64,000 nt of DNA from Moniliella sp. 'wahieum' (lineage: Eukaryota), in the NCBI GenBank assembly GCA_003971905.1, contig RSEE01000150.1:1-64000 (forward strand), read 5' to 3'. Positions 51,595 to 64,000 of this stretch are shown piece by piece. The first letter of the stretch is position 1. Each line of letters begins with the position of its first letter. The notes beneath the pieces are model-generated. The model ran no database searches and was not told where the DNA came from. It saw nothing but the letters and a program-made list of their open reading frames with translations. Position numbers and translations under genes: made by a program.

Positions 51595-52856
51595 ATGGCC
51601 TGCCCAGCAAGAGCGACATGCGACCGATCGAGGTACTCGTCTCCACGCTTCGTGCGCACGAGGAGAAGCATGGTGCGCAGGCGAGGCGGCAGGCGCATTG
51701 GCCGCGAGTTTGGTGGCGGTGAGCAGCATCTACCAGCCGGACCAGATCCGTGTCCTGCCGCTCGGCACTTGCACCCGTTCTGCCCCTCCGCCCGCACCCG
51801 CTGGCGCTTCGCAACGCCAAAGCTTGGACCAGGACGGGCTGGCACGCGCCTCCGCCTATGTACCAGGCCAGCCGTTGCGCCTGGCCGTGACGATGGAGCT
51901 GGAGGTAGCGGTGGAGGAGGATCCGCTGTACGGTCGACCTGGGCTGGGGATACCCAGCCCGAGCCGGTTGACGTGCACATTTCCATCACGCTTCCGCCCA
52001 GTACCCCGACACAGAGCAGGCACCGCAGCTAAAGCTGCTCAATCGGTTTGTCGGAGCGTATGTGGCGGACCCAGGGCTGGTCCAACAGGTGCTCCATTGT
52101 TTCTCGCCCGATCCGGCCAGGCGGTGGAGCCTGCTTCGTCGGCGCTGCGCGGGCTGACGTGGTACAGGGGCGAACCGGTACTGTTCCAAGCGCTCGAATG
52201 GACCAAGCAGGTCGTGGAGCGCTGGTACAAGGTCAAGGAAGAAGTTGCGCGCACGTTCGGAACAGTTGGATCGGGAACGTGAGGCGCGGGCTGAAGCGGC
52301 TGCCGCAGCAGGTTTGCCTCCTGATCCTTTCCCTTCCCGTACCGAACGTAAACTCCACAGCGATACACACCAAGCAGGAGTTGCAAGCGCTGGTGACCAA
52401 GTTGGGATTCCAACGTCCATGACGATTGTTGATCGAAATCCGAGTTGTCGGGTACGTGTGCAAGTTGGAGCGCGCGGCGCAGGTGCCGTTGGTGCTGGAA
52501 TGGGTTCTGCAGATCAACGCGTAGCCCGCGCCGCCCACCCAGCCATATTTGCCTATAGCGTCACCTGCCCGATGGCACCACCCAGCGGGACTTTGAGGAC
52601 GATGGAGAGGCGGCTGGGGCACGTTGGGCGCATCTGCTTTCGCTTCTGGTACGTGCCGATGTTGTGGCAGGGGGAAGGGGGGATGGAGTGCGATACTGAC
52701 GTTTGGGTCTGGCGCGTGGCAGGACCTGGACAATGTATTGGTCATCGTGACGCGGTGGTGGGGGGGCGCGTTGTTGGGAGGATCGGTTCAAGCACATTAA
52801 CCGCGTTGCTCGCGATGCGCTCGAGAAAGGGGTTTGTCGCGCCGGGGGCAAAGTAA
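51595..52856 (+). CDS. YIH1: IMPACT/Yih1 family protein (probable RWD domain plus ancient UPF0029 domain; Gcn1-binding Gcn2 regulator)
   Basis: IVDR.., RVARAAHPAIFAY, DFEDDGE.AAG..HLLSLL|DLDNVLVIVTRWWGG.LLG.DRFKHIN read across frameshifts. Intron 52649-52722 (GTACGT..CTGAC..CAG). Confidence 0.8.
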
Positions 52857-53500
52857 GTAACGTATATTTATGGTCGGTTGGCCAGTGCGTATCAGGGCAT
52901 CCTCTGTGTTGGGTCCATCGGGATTCGACCCTCTGGGGTTACGACCTCTACTCACACCGCCAGCCCCAACACAGCATGCAAAGGGGAGACGGTTAGTAGA
53001 GGACACAGAAAGGATGCTTTTTCTTGCACTCTCTCCCCACTGGCCAGTCCGCGTCCGAGCCAGGACAACACAATGCAATACAACTATGATGCCATGCACA
53101 GCAGGGGAAAACGTACCTCCGCTTGAGATCATATATAGTACCTGCCGATGTAGTTAGTGATGTTGTGGTTTGAGGGTACGAAACGTGTTGATCTCGGTGG
53201 TCACACTAAGTACACAGCGGCGCGTCCCCCTTGGGACTCCCCCCATGACCGACAGACTCCGTGAGGACACTTGTCGTATCTCCCTCAGGTCCAAGTGCCG
53301 CGTCTGTCACGCCGCCAAACCAACCCCCCTGCTTCGCCGCCGCGCATCTTGGACGGGCGTCGCTGTCCATCCTTTCGGTGATTGAGCGTCGCCTCTACCG
53401 TCTCACTAGTATGGCCGCACTGGGCATATCTATGTGCACGGGTCGAAACCCAGTTGGGTCCTGAGGATGATTATTAGCCAGAACGCTTAGTTGTGATGCA

Positions 53501-56429
53501 TCACCGCCTCCGCTTCAGATTGGCCTTTTCGCGCTCGTGCTTCTTCTGCTCTGACCTCTCTGTCTGGAGGTCGGACATGATGCGGTCGATGTGTTTCTTG
53601 TAGCGTACATCTTCCTCTTGCTGCTCGCGTTCCTTGATCGAAGCTGTGAACCGTGCATCGCGGCGCAGTTCGCGGATGGTCGACTTGCGTTCCTTCTTGT
53701 GCAACGCACGCAGCTTGCTCGCCTCGGCGCGCTCGGGATCCGGGTCGGTCGAGACACCCCGACACTGAAAACTTGGGTGCGTGCATCTCGAGTGCCTTGG
53801 CGCGGTGCGCCTGCAGACGGAGGAAGCGACGACGCGACTGGGCTCACTCGCCTGTCCAACCCTTGTGCCAAAGCAGATAGCTCAGGCCCACCTGCCTTGC
53901 CTGCACCCTTGACCAAGTTCACCACCGGATGGAAGAGATCCACGTACGCTTCGCATCCCGTGTAGAGCCGAGCAAAGATTTCGATCAATTTGGTTGCTTG
54001 CAATAAAAGTTGGGCTCCAGCGTGCGGTGCCTCCCCCTTGCAAGCCAGCAGACTCACCAAGTCCACGCGCTTCCTCCACCCTGCCTCGCCCTCAATCAAC
54101 GAAGCCTCGTCCGTGGCAGCAGAGACTTTGACTTTGGGCTTTCGCTTGGGCTGGAGAGAACTGAGTGCCGCCAGGTCGTCCTGGGAAACAGCCATGCCGT
54201 ACTCGGCCGCCGAGTGGAGGGCAGCGAGACGGTCCGTGTCGGAGAGAGGCACCAGACCCAAAAGAACCAAATGTAAGAAATTGAGCGCCTCGGGTACGAT
54301 CCGTTTGCTCTCCTTCTCAAACGACGCGGAGAGAGAGACGAGGTAGAGCCCGGCGGCCGTGTCGGCGACAGCGGAGGCAGGACGAATCCGCGCATGAGCC
54401 AAGTACTGGGCCATGAGGATCTGGGCAGACGTGGATACAGGGTGGGAGCGATCCGAGGTGGGCCAGATGAGCCCAACGAGACGCAGGAAGCAGAGTTCAG
54501 AAAACGATGGCCAGGTTCGTCCGCTTCTTCTCCTGTTGCCGCGGCAGCCAGACCACGCGTCAGGTTGCGCTGCATCAGCGTAAGTTTGGTGCAGAAAATG
54601 TGAGCTGCCGTGTCGGGGAAGAGCTTGGAAAGATCAAGGATGTGAGGCAGGAGCGTGTTGAGAAGAGAAACTGCCTCTTTACTGTTCACCTCTGCCTCAC
54701 GCCCGCTGGCAGCCTCCTGCGCTTGTGCACCAAGGTAGAGAATGATCCACCAGGATCTCGAGGAAGGTTTCGGTGTGCTCGCGGTTCTGCGGGCCAAGAC
54801 TGGGATTGTACAGCGTTCGGATCCGCTTAATCACGGTCGGTACCTGCTGGGTCTCAACGTTATGCTCTTCAAGTAAGGCAAGAAAGTCGCCATGCGTCTC
54901 GGGAGCAGGGAATGTGAAGGGAAGTTGACTCGGTTCCTTTTTCGAGCTGGATGGGGCCTGCTTGCTCGAAGCACGGACGAGTGCCTCAGTTTCACCACCA
55001 GCCACGACCTCCTCGTCCGAGTCCATGTCTTCCCCTGGCTTGGACAGGCCCTCCAAGTCGGCCAAGTCATTGTAATTGTGTTCGTGGTTCTCGATCTCCT
55101 CTTCGTCGTCATCGGAGGAGCCAGCACTTTCGTCTGCGGCGTCAGAGGTATCCTCTTCCTCCTCTTCAGAACCCGATTCTGCACCAAGACCTTGCCCCAG
55201 CCCGTAAGCCTCTCCTGCCGAGACACCCTCCAGAACAAAGTCGTCATCCAAATCATCCGCACCACGCTCGTGACGCTCCAGAAGCTTGGCACGTTTGCGT
55301 TTGCCCGCGCCCGTCGCAGTCGCTTCGTCCTCCGCGGCCATTTCGTCCTCCGAGTCACCACGCATGCGCCGTAACCGTTCTCGCTCAGCAGCTTGAAGCC
55401 CTCTGCTTTGCCGCCCGCTCCTCGTCCGTCTTCATCCGGTCCGTTGGCTGGCCCTTCGCTCATACACCAAACTGCGGTACAGTGCATCGTACGTGCTCCC
55501 GCCATCGGCCGGCATGGCATTGGCGCCCGTTGCTGGTTTCTCAGCGGTAGGCAGTGTGGAAGGGGCAGGAGCCTCGCTGGGACGCGTCGGGGCTGGTCGC
55601 ATGGACAAAAGATCATTCTTAATGTCCTCCAGGGCATCGTCTAGCTCGTACGCGTTTCCTCCATCTTGTTCCCGAACCTTTTGCCGCTCGTACTTGGCAT
55701 TCTTGGACTTGAGCATCACCTCCGCCATAATCTCCTCTTTACTCCGTGGCTTTCCTTCCGCATCGTGCCTGTCCACACCTTCCGGTACCCTACTCATCAT
55801 CAATGGGTTGTAGGTCTGCTGCGCACCTCCTTCCTCCTCTCGTCCGTGCCGAGCCCAGCACCAAGAACACCATCGTCCAGACCGGATAAGCTTTGGCCAA
55901 AGTGAGTCAACCCTTCGTCCTCCGAGTCGTCCAGGTTGAACAGGCTGGCCTTACCGGCGCGTCGGGCGGTAGCCGATCCACTTGTCAGCTGGCGTTTCCG
56001 TTCGGCGGTAAACCGTTCGAGCATGCGCTGCTCAACCGACATGTTGGGGTTGTTCTCGCCAAAGCGACGATCGACAAATGCGCCGCTCTTGTGCCGGTCC
56101 TGCAGCTGGGGAGCAGCTGGGCCTGCCGTGCAGCAACAGCGGCCGACTTGGACTCGGAAGGACGACCAACGGTGCCCTTGGCGTTCTTGTGCTGGATGCT
56201 GGCGCGGGTGAGGATGTCGCGCTTCTGCCGGGTGACTTTGGTGTCGAACGTGCTGGCAAACGCATCGCCCAGCGCAGAGCGGGCGTCGTGGCGTGCGCGT
56301 CTGGCGGTGGCGGTGGCGGCGGAGGCAGACGAGCGCCGCTTGCTCTTGCCCAGAGGGGCCGCCGCGCAGGCCGTCGCTGACGGCGCGGTGCTTGAGCTGC
56401 GCCAGCTGCGAGCCGCCCTTCTTGGCCAT
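53501..56429 (-). CDS. NOP14: Nucleolar protein Nop14 (SSU processome)
   Basis: SQLAQLK, GAFVDRRFGENNPNMSVEQRMLERF, FNLDD..LTHFGQSL, RSKEEIMAEVMLKSK..KYERQ, ADDLDDDF, LPFTFPAP, SKRIVPEALNFL and KKERKSTIRELRRDARF. Confidence 0.9.
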
Positions 56430-56628
56430 GGCTGTGGGTGGGATGGGATGCGGGTGGTGTGTGGTTGCTGCGCAGGAGAGCCATATTTTTTTTGGGCCCG
56501 CCGATCGGTGCAAGTGCGCCGCACTCTCAGTTTCAATCTCGACCACTTTTTTTAATTACGGGGCTGCCGCACGTGAACCGCCGAGGGTTACACTATTACC
56601 CCCAGGCGCCCGCACCACCATCTCCTCC
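56430..56628. promoter_or_regulatory. Short bidirectional promoter between NOP14 and DBP8
   Basis: About 200 bp between divergent ATGs, with T tracts at ~56486 and ~56547 and an inverted repeat GGGTTA-cactat-TACCC near 56585-56601. Confidence 0.55.
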
Positions 56629-58401
56629 ATGCCGCTCCCGTTCTCCCGAGGATGGCCTCGGCGCCCACCGCGCGCATCGCTCGCTCCCATGCCGCTCAGG
56701 ACCGCATCGAAGCCAGCTGAAGGCCGCGGCCACGGCCACCGCCGCTCCCCCGGCCCCGGACGCACATGCGCAGCAGGACCAACACGTCCCGATCGCAGCG
56801 CCTGTTCCTGCTTCTGCTTCTGCTTCCCCCACCACCTTCCCTCGGCCGTGTCGGATTCGAAGCCGCAATCGTTTCGGCCAGCTGGGCATCTCCCCTCCTA
56901 TCGTCCGCTCGCTTTCCAACCTGGCCATCACCGTCCCCACCGACATCCAAACGCTTACCATCCCCTGCCATCCTGGCTGGCGGGAGGGACGTTTCGGTGG
57001 CGCCCAGACGGGTACCGGTAAGACGCTCTGCTTTGCTCTGCCCATCTTGCAGCGCCTGATGTGATGGCCGATCCTGTCGCTGGCTTTGCTCTCATCCTCA
57101 CCCCGACACGCGAACTGGCCATGCAGCTCCACCAGCAACTCGTCGTTGTCGCCCATACAGGCGTCCGGCCGCCGCTTGGCTTGCACTCGGCACTTATTGT
57201 GGGCGGTCTGGACCAGCTCAAACAGGCCTCGACCCTCGCTAAAGTCCGTCCGCATGTCATCATCGCTACCCCCGGTCGACTGGTGGACCTACTGCGGCAG
57301 CAGTGGAAACGGATACAATGGTCTCCTATCTCGGTGCCGCTTCGTCGTACTGGACGAGGCGGATTCGCTCTTGCCACCTTCGTTTGTCCCGGAGCTAGCG
57401 TATCTGGTCCAGCAGGCTCTGCCCACCTGCCAAGCAGAGACAAACGCTCCTTCACTGCCACTTTGACCCAGTCGATCGATGCGCTGGTGGCTAAGAATGC
57501 GACGCGCGCCTCCGAGCAGGATAAGCTGCCCCGTGATTTGCAAGATTGATCAAGTTACCTCCACTCCTAGGACTGGTTCAGCGCTACATTCTCGTTCCTT
57601 CCCATATGCGCGAACCTCACCTGTGCCATATGCTACGCCATTCGCCGGCCTTGCGTCAATTGGTGCGCAGGCCTAAGGAACGTGCCTCGGATAGCGGCCG
57701 CTGGGCGCGGACAAAAGAAGAATGAGGAGGGCGAGCCAGAGGAGGAAGAATAAGAAGAGAAGAAAGTACGAGTCACCCCTCACGAGGAAGAAGGGGAGAG
57801 TGAGGACGAGGAGAAAATGTAACCCAAACTCAAGCAAGACCCTAGCATCATCTTTGTCACACTTGCTCATGGCAGAGCAAGTGACCAGAGCTGACTCTGC
57901 TGGACATTCCCAATGTGGCGTCTTGCACAGTCTGTTGGACCAGAGACCGAGACTGGACAACCTACAAGCGTCCGTGCGTGCGGCCAAGTACGCTGTGCTT
58001 GTCTCCACCGACGTGGGGTCACGCGGGCTTGACATTCCCCAAGTCCAGTGCGTGATCAACTTTGACGTACCAGCGGCATGGGAAGAGTACGTGCACCGTG
58101 TTGGTCGGACGGCGCGCCATGGCAAGTCCGGTTGGGGCATGAGCTTTGTGATGGAACACGATGTGGTCAGTCATCGATCGAAGATAAGATAGGCACTCGG
58201 GTGACGGAGCTCAAGGAATGCACGGACCGCGTCGGCGGATCGGGATTTACGTTGCACAAGACAGGAAAGAAACGGTGTTTGCAACACTTGTCCCGCGTCA
58301 TGGCGGCCAAGCGCACTGCTGCTCGCCTCGACATGGACGATGCCAAAATAGGCGAGCGACAGGACCGCAACAACGCAAAGGCCAGCTTCCATCCGACTTG
58401 A
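56629..58401 (+). CDS. DBP8: DEAD-box RNA helicase Dbp8 (18S rRNA biogenesis)
   Basis: Q motif [52 protein letters not shown] and [24 protein letters not shown] and the basic C-terminal tail fit Dbp8/DDX49. Confidence 0.8.
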
Positions 58402-59644
58402 GCCATAAAAACTGAAAATGCACAAGCCCAAACCCAGGCCCAGCACAAGCCCAAGACCTAGAATGGAACACAAGAAGGAAGGAAGAATGGATTGGGCAGC
58501 ATGCCTGTAGCAGAGCGTAGCGTAGCTTAGTCGTCCGACAGAGCCATCGGCAGCGGAGCACAGACCACTCTACGCCCTCGGACTGGAGCAGGTTGTACGT
58601 CGATGCGGCGTGGCCGTACCTTGCACGCTTGCACCGCGACTTGGATGCCCAGTTGCCCCAGTAGGCTCGGATGGGGTACGGCAGAGGTAGCCCGAAAGCC
58701 GTACCAAAGATGAGGGTATCTGGGCAAACAACAGGCGAATTCAATTTCAGAGGGGATGCACGGACCCGGCGTGGGTGCTACCACCTCGAACAATATAGCT
58801 TCCAAGATTCCGTCTGGCCGTCTGCTTGTCGAGCCACGCCTCCCAGCCTGCGACTTTCGTCAACACGGACGGCCGTGGGCTGAGGCGGGCACAGAAATTT
58901 AAAAAGGGTATTATTGTGAGGAGGATCACGGCTCCTCGGTCCACTGCCCCGTCGAAAGAAGGCAAGTGTCCCCTACGTGCTGGCGACCCCGGAGGAGCGG
59001 TGCGGTCGGGCTTCCCCACTCACGTCACCACCTGCTCGTCAGAGGTTGACGTAGTTGCCACGCCGCCGCCTGTGCTTCGGAGCGAACGTCCGTGTGCGAT
59101 CGCGCCCCCGCGGCACACGAGCCCACGCCGCGGACAAGGACTTGAGGTGGTGGTGGGATCGTGTGGGGGGCGCAGGGGCGCGGAAGAAGCGCCGCCGATA
59201 AGAGCGCGCGATGCTAGTTACCCCACAGACGCGTTAGCCGCACCTATCCCACAAGCAACCCAACCCCAGCCACCGGACTGTGGCAGCTCGCCACCGCTGG
59301 GCTTTGTTGAGCCCCCCCAAGCAGCTGACTAGTGGCTCGTCATCCGCACTGCTGGCCTGTGGGGTATTTCCCACCTGGCGGAATGAGTTCCGCTGGACGA
59401 CCCCGCATCTGGCACTCGTCACGCGTCACGCGTCACCGCGCCACCACTGAGTGCAATCCCGTACCTCTCGCGTTCGACAAACGCATGCTAGCTGGCCTGC
59501 CGGCGCTTGCGGGTCTATGGCGTGGCTCACCTGGTGGTGCACATCAAGATGTATGGTACAAATGCAAATGAGGGATGCGCGCAGGAAAGGGCAAATGAAG
59601 AAGGAGGATACTGATCAAAGACAGCAAGCAGAAGACGTTGTGGG

Positions 59645-61369
59645 TTACTTTTCATTATTCGATGGCTGTTGCTCCATGTCGTACGAGGGAAGAGCGAGGG
59701 TAGTAGTGTTGGCAACAGCCGTGTCGGCGACTGCGACTTCATGGTGCAGCTCGCGGTCGAGGGTGGTGTGGTTGGTCACGCGCCAAATGAGCAATGGGAC
59801 AACGATTAAGAGTGCGCCCACATTGAGACCCCATGCGACGCCCAGTTGCTCCTCGAACGATTTCTTGTTGTTCTCCATCCCCCATCCTGCCACGTTGCCG
59901 GCACTCTGGATGGCCTTGTACAGACCACTGATGTACGCAAGTTTGGAGATATCGTTACTGAGCATACCAAAGATCGAGTAGCACAGTACCTGTGTGCAGG
60001 CGTCGATCAGACCCATGAACATGTACAGCACGGCCCGGCCGCCGTAGGGGTTGGGCTCGGTCCAGGGATTGTCGGTGCAAGGAGCCACGTGGTAGCCACA
60101 GTGGATGTCCAGTCCGACGCGGGTGGAACTCTCGGCGTACTGCCGAAGACTCATCCCCTCAGCCGCATAGTGCTGCTTGAATTCCATCAGGACCTTGTAC
60201 GAGCCACCCCACACGGTCCAGCACACCACACAGGTGATCGCCCACCCCGCCCAGGCACGGTGGCGCCGAGTCAAGCGCGGCGTGTCCAGCACAAAGCCCA
60301 TGACCATCGCACCGAACATTTGAGCCAGCCAGTAGAGCAGCGAGTTGAGTCCTCGAGCGCGAAGTGAGAAAAAGTACCCGTTGTACACGGTTTGTTGCCA
60401 CGCATAGCAGTAGTTGGAACTGAGCGCAAGAGGGATCGAGAGTAAGATCCATGGGTCTTGCCATAGCACACGCCCATGCCTGTCAACTCCTCCTTCAATG
60501 GCAACTCGGTGGGAGGAACGACGATGGTGCCGTCGGATCGGACTGTCTTACGCGGACTGCGCAGCAAAAGGGTCGCGCAGGCACCAACAAAGGTAATCAC
60601 CGTAAAGGCAATGTAGGTGCTGTTGCTCACTTGGTTGTCGGACGTGTTCCATCCCAGACCCATCTCAATGGCGGAGCCTAGCACGCCTCCCAGGTTAAAG
60701 ATGATCCAGAACAAGGCGATGGCTGTATGGGGAGCAGTCAGGAGGGAGCAGCTCACTATGCAAGAAACGCAAGAGGGAACGTACCTTTGCCCTTGTTTTC
60801 CTCGGTAGGGTAAGAAAGCATCAAAGCACCCTGTCCCGTCCAGAGGAAGGACGCGCACAACCCAAGAATCGCACCGGCAGCAATGACAAAGTTGGTGTTG
60901 CCATTGATGTTGTAGCTGAGGAAGGAGCCCGTGTAAAGGCAGTAGCCAAGCGCCTGGGTTGCACAATGTCAGGGGGTGGGACGCAACACACAGAGACCCC
61001 CGGGGGGGAGAAACAACGTACCAATAAAGATCATCGTCTTGGAGCCCACAATGTTGTGGACACTGCCCGAGAAGAACGAGGCGCCCGCAAAGACAGAGTA
61101 CAAGGCAATGTTGGCCTTGACTGCGGCACTGGGGTCGGAGAGGCCACCGCCTCCCATGCCGCCCAGCGCATTGAACATGCCTGGGCCAAGGAAACACACA
61201 AAGCCAAGAATGCACACCTGGACCATGGCCGAGTCGTACCAGCCCAGGAAGCCTTTGCGGCGCACGACATGGACCACGTCCACCTCCCCGCTGGGCGGGA
61301 AGGCAGCGAGCTCAATGTCGATGGGGTTCTTGTCGAGCGACCCGGGGTGGAGGCCGAGGCAGCGGACAT
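59645..61369 (-). CDS. UNC-93-like (DUF895) MFS transporter
   Basis: QVCILGFVCFLGPGMFNALGGMGGGG, GLCASFLWTGQG, FWIIFNLGGVLG, FSLRARGLN and GLYKAIQSAG. Introns ~60954-61021 and 60723-60784. Confidence 0.88.
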
Positions 61370-62793
61370 GGCGGAGAGGGGGTGGGTGTGGGTGTGGGTG
61401 TGGTGGTGGGGAGGGAGGGGCGGGCAAGGCGCCGGAGCAGGACGGGGCGAGGCTGAGTCGGAGCGGAGGACGGGCGGGGCGTGGCTGGATTGGGTTTTGG
61501 GTTGCGGTGCGGACGAAGGGGCGGGAGTGGCAACGTACAGTGCGGCTAAGCCTGAGGCAAAGTCGCGTGTCTTGCGGTGCCCGCGGGGGCCAAGCCAGGA
61601 ACGGCCGGAAGATCGACACGAGCCAACATGGGGCGTGGGGCCTGGCGCCTGGCGCCTGGCGCATGGCACGGCGTGTGCTCGCTCCCGCGCGCCTTGTCCC
61701 GGCCACTGCGCGCCTGCCGGCCCGCGGCCCGCCACCCGCACGGCACGGGGCTCGCGCCTCGGCCGCCGCGACACTGGCGCCCTGCCCCGCGCGCCGGCCG
61801 GCTCCTGGCGTCCTTACTAAGTAAATCGTTAATCCTTCCAGCTGGGCGGCTCTTGTCCCGGGGCTGTGCAGCGGACGGGGGCACTGTGGCGCTGTCGGAT
61901 CATGCGCCGTCCCACACTTGTCCCCCCCCTGCGCACGCACACGGCCAGTGTCGCCTGCGGTTATCGACAGTATCTCTTCCCAGCTTAACGTTTCGTGTGC
62001 GCAGCCACCACCCGCCGCCGCCCACTGGCCACTGCCCTGCCTGCTATCGACTATCTCTGCAAGGAGCACCTGGCACACGTGGCACAGGTCCCCTGCCCGC
62101 CTACTAGCTACTAACTATACCAGCCAGCCACAGCTGATACTATACGCCCGCCACAAGCAGCCACACAAGCCCGACGATCGCGTAGCGCTTACCTCGGCAC
62201 AACCCGACAGGAGGTTTCGCCGCGTGTAAACCTCACCCCCTTGGGCCATCTCACATCTCAATGTACGCTGATCCATAGGCGAGAATGTCGACCAGGCCGC
62301 ATCGTCAGCATCAACTTGCTTCCAGGATCACTAGTCACTAGGCACTAGGCACTGGTTGGTCGCTTATTCTGTGCTCCCCGGTAGCGCTTTTCCCTAGCGA
62401 TCAAGAGCTTAGCCCCGTGGTTAACTATGCTTCCCCTCTCGCACACACCAGGCACCTCACCAATGATTAATGACCTGCATCACCTGTATGACTCGGACTT
62501 GTGTCGATCCGTTCTATCTACAGCCGATCGTGCCAAGCGTCGTTCCGAACAACAGCAATCCATCCAGCAGTGTACCTTGGAGTCGAGGCCAACCTTTAAT
62601 CACAACAGCACTGGACCCTATGTCCCGTCAGGCCTCAGGTGAACAAAGAACCGCAACAACATGGTGCCGTAGCTGTTCCGCACCACCGTCAGATCAAAGA
62701 AAAATCATGGTGGGTGGACGCTTGAAGCACGACAGGACGTGCCAGGGAGATTACTCGGGTTGCCTGAAAGCTATTGGACACAGAAGGAAAACG

Positions 62794-64000
62794 TTAGCGT
62801 ATAGCTTCCACGCCGCCGTTGCGACAGAGGTAAAGAAGCAAACAAGAAAACAAGCAAGCAAGCAGGCTTGTTGACCACATGCTGTCCAACGAAGAAAAGG
62901 AAACGTACAACCAGCCTTGATGAGATGTTTGTGGACGCGCACCATGCGAATCGCGACCCCAGCCACGCACAGGGCAGCCATACAACTGCCCACCCAAACG
63001 ACGAGCGGGGCAAACCCGAAACTACCAACGTGCCCGTTCGGGGGGTGGGGTCAGCGACGAACGAGCCAGAGGACAGGGAGGTAGGATCGTCCTTCCTGCC
63101 CATTTGCAGCAGCGCCGCGGCAATAAAGGGACCTGCGAGCGCTGAAATGCCCTTGACCGCACTAAACATGGGCAGAATCGTGCCGCTGGGTGTACCACTG
63201 AGCGTAGCCACGTCCCGTGCCGATCGGCCCCACGTCGCACCCAACCCTCCGGCCGTGACACCAAACAGTATGGCAAACACAATGATGATCGCAACGTTGT
63301 TGGTCGACAAGCCAAATAAGACCAACGACGCCACACAGGATACCCCTCCAATCGCAGCTACCGTCACACCATAGTCCACCCGATCCACCATCCAACCCAC
63401 CGCCAGCTGCCCCAAAAACGAAGACGCATTCAGAATGGCAAGTCCTCCCGTCGCGGTCGTCGTCGACATCCCGGCGTAGCGCATGTACTGCGTCAGATAC
63501 ATCGACACGGGAAGGTACCCTGCTGATCCGATGAGGTTGGCGATGAACTGTGGAAGAGGGCAAGGGGAAGGGGAAGGGGGAGGGGGGCATCAGATCAAAG
63601 CTCTCTCAAGGACACGGGGGTGGAGAGGGGTGGGATACGTACATTGATTTGCCAAGTGGAGGTAAAGAACCATTGGACACTGGGCGGGAACGACTTGTAG
63701 TGCCACCAAGCGTGTTTCGGGGAGGAACGGGCGAGTCGTGCAGTGCGCCCGAGGTGGTGGGCACAGTACGCTGCGAGCCAACAGGAAGCCGGGGCTTGAT
63801 CAAGCTCAATGCGAGTCCAGCGACAAAGAGGTTAATCAAGGCCCAGATACGCAGGGTCCAGCGGAAGCCAATGTTGCTCAAGCACGCTTGGAACAGGAAA
63901 GGGTACACGATGCCCCCAGACCGTTGCCACTAAAGATAAAGCCCACGGCAAACCCGGTACGGCGGTGGAACCATTCGGGCAAGAACATCATTACGGGGCT
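62794..64000 (-). CDS. MFS monocarboxylate transporter (MCH-like), 5' part outside window
   Basis: EWFHRRTGFAVGFIFSGNGLGGIVYP, IGFRWTLRI, ILNASSFLGQLAVGWMVDR and FAILFG. Intron ~63548-63642. Stop position approximate. Confidence 0.82.

Overview
Eukaryotic DNA from a GC-rich, intron-poor fungus. Short GT..CTRAY..YAG introns and the gene set suggest a basidiomycete, probably Ustilaginomycotina; this is an inference. Nearly every gene, including essential ones, carries 1-bp frameshifts, so this looks like an unpolished long-read assembly and gene limits are approximate. About 16 genes can be assigned to a family: ATP11 (partial), an APC amino-acid/GABA permease, a Pumilio/Puf3-type RNA-binding protein, an MDL1/ABCB10-like ABC half-transporter, a Zn2Cys6 transcription factor, mitochondrial HSP70 (SSC1), a ureohydrolase head-to-head with a 2OG-Fe(II) dioxygenase, a PEX4-like E2, glycyl-tRNA synthetase, an Nrg1-like C2H2 factor, proline iminopeptidase, YIH1/IMPACT, NOP14 head-to-head with DBP8, a UNC-93-like MFS and a monocarboxylate MFS (partial). 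There is also a Ty1/copia RT-RNaseH relic and a probable chromoviral Gypsy relic. Three observations stand out. (1) A tandem-duplicated orphan gene at ~34.5-38.6 kb: one copy ends in the peroxisomal signal SKL, while the other has the same SKL inside an apparent 81-nt intron, and the copies share a gene-conversion-like identical core. (2) Intergenic DNA is full of short period-7 repeats made of many different palindromic hexamers joined by one base, mostly T-C/G-A junctions. (3) The divergent ureohydrolase/dioxygenase pair is a possible guanidino-compound module. No rRNA, tRNA or CRISPR array was recognised.
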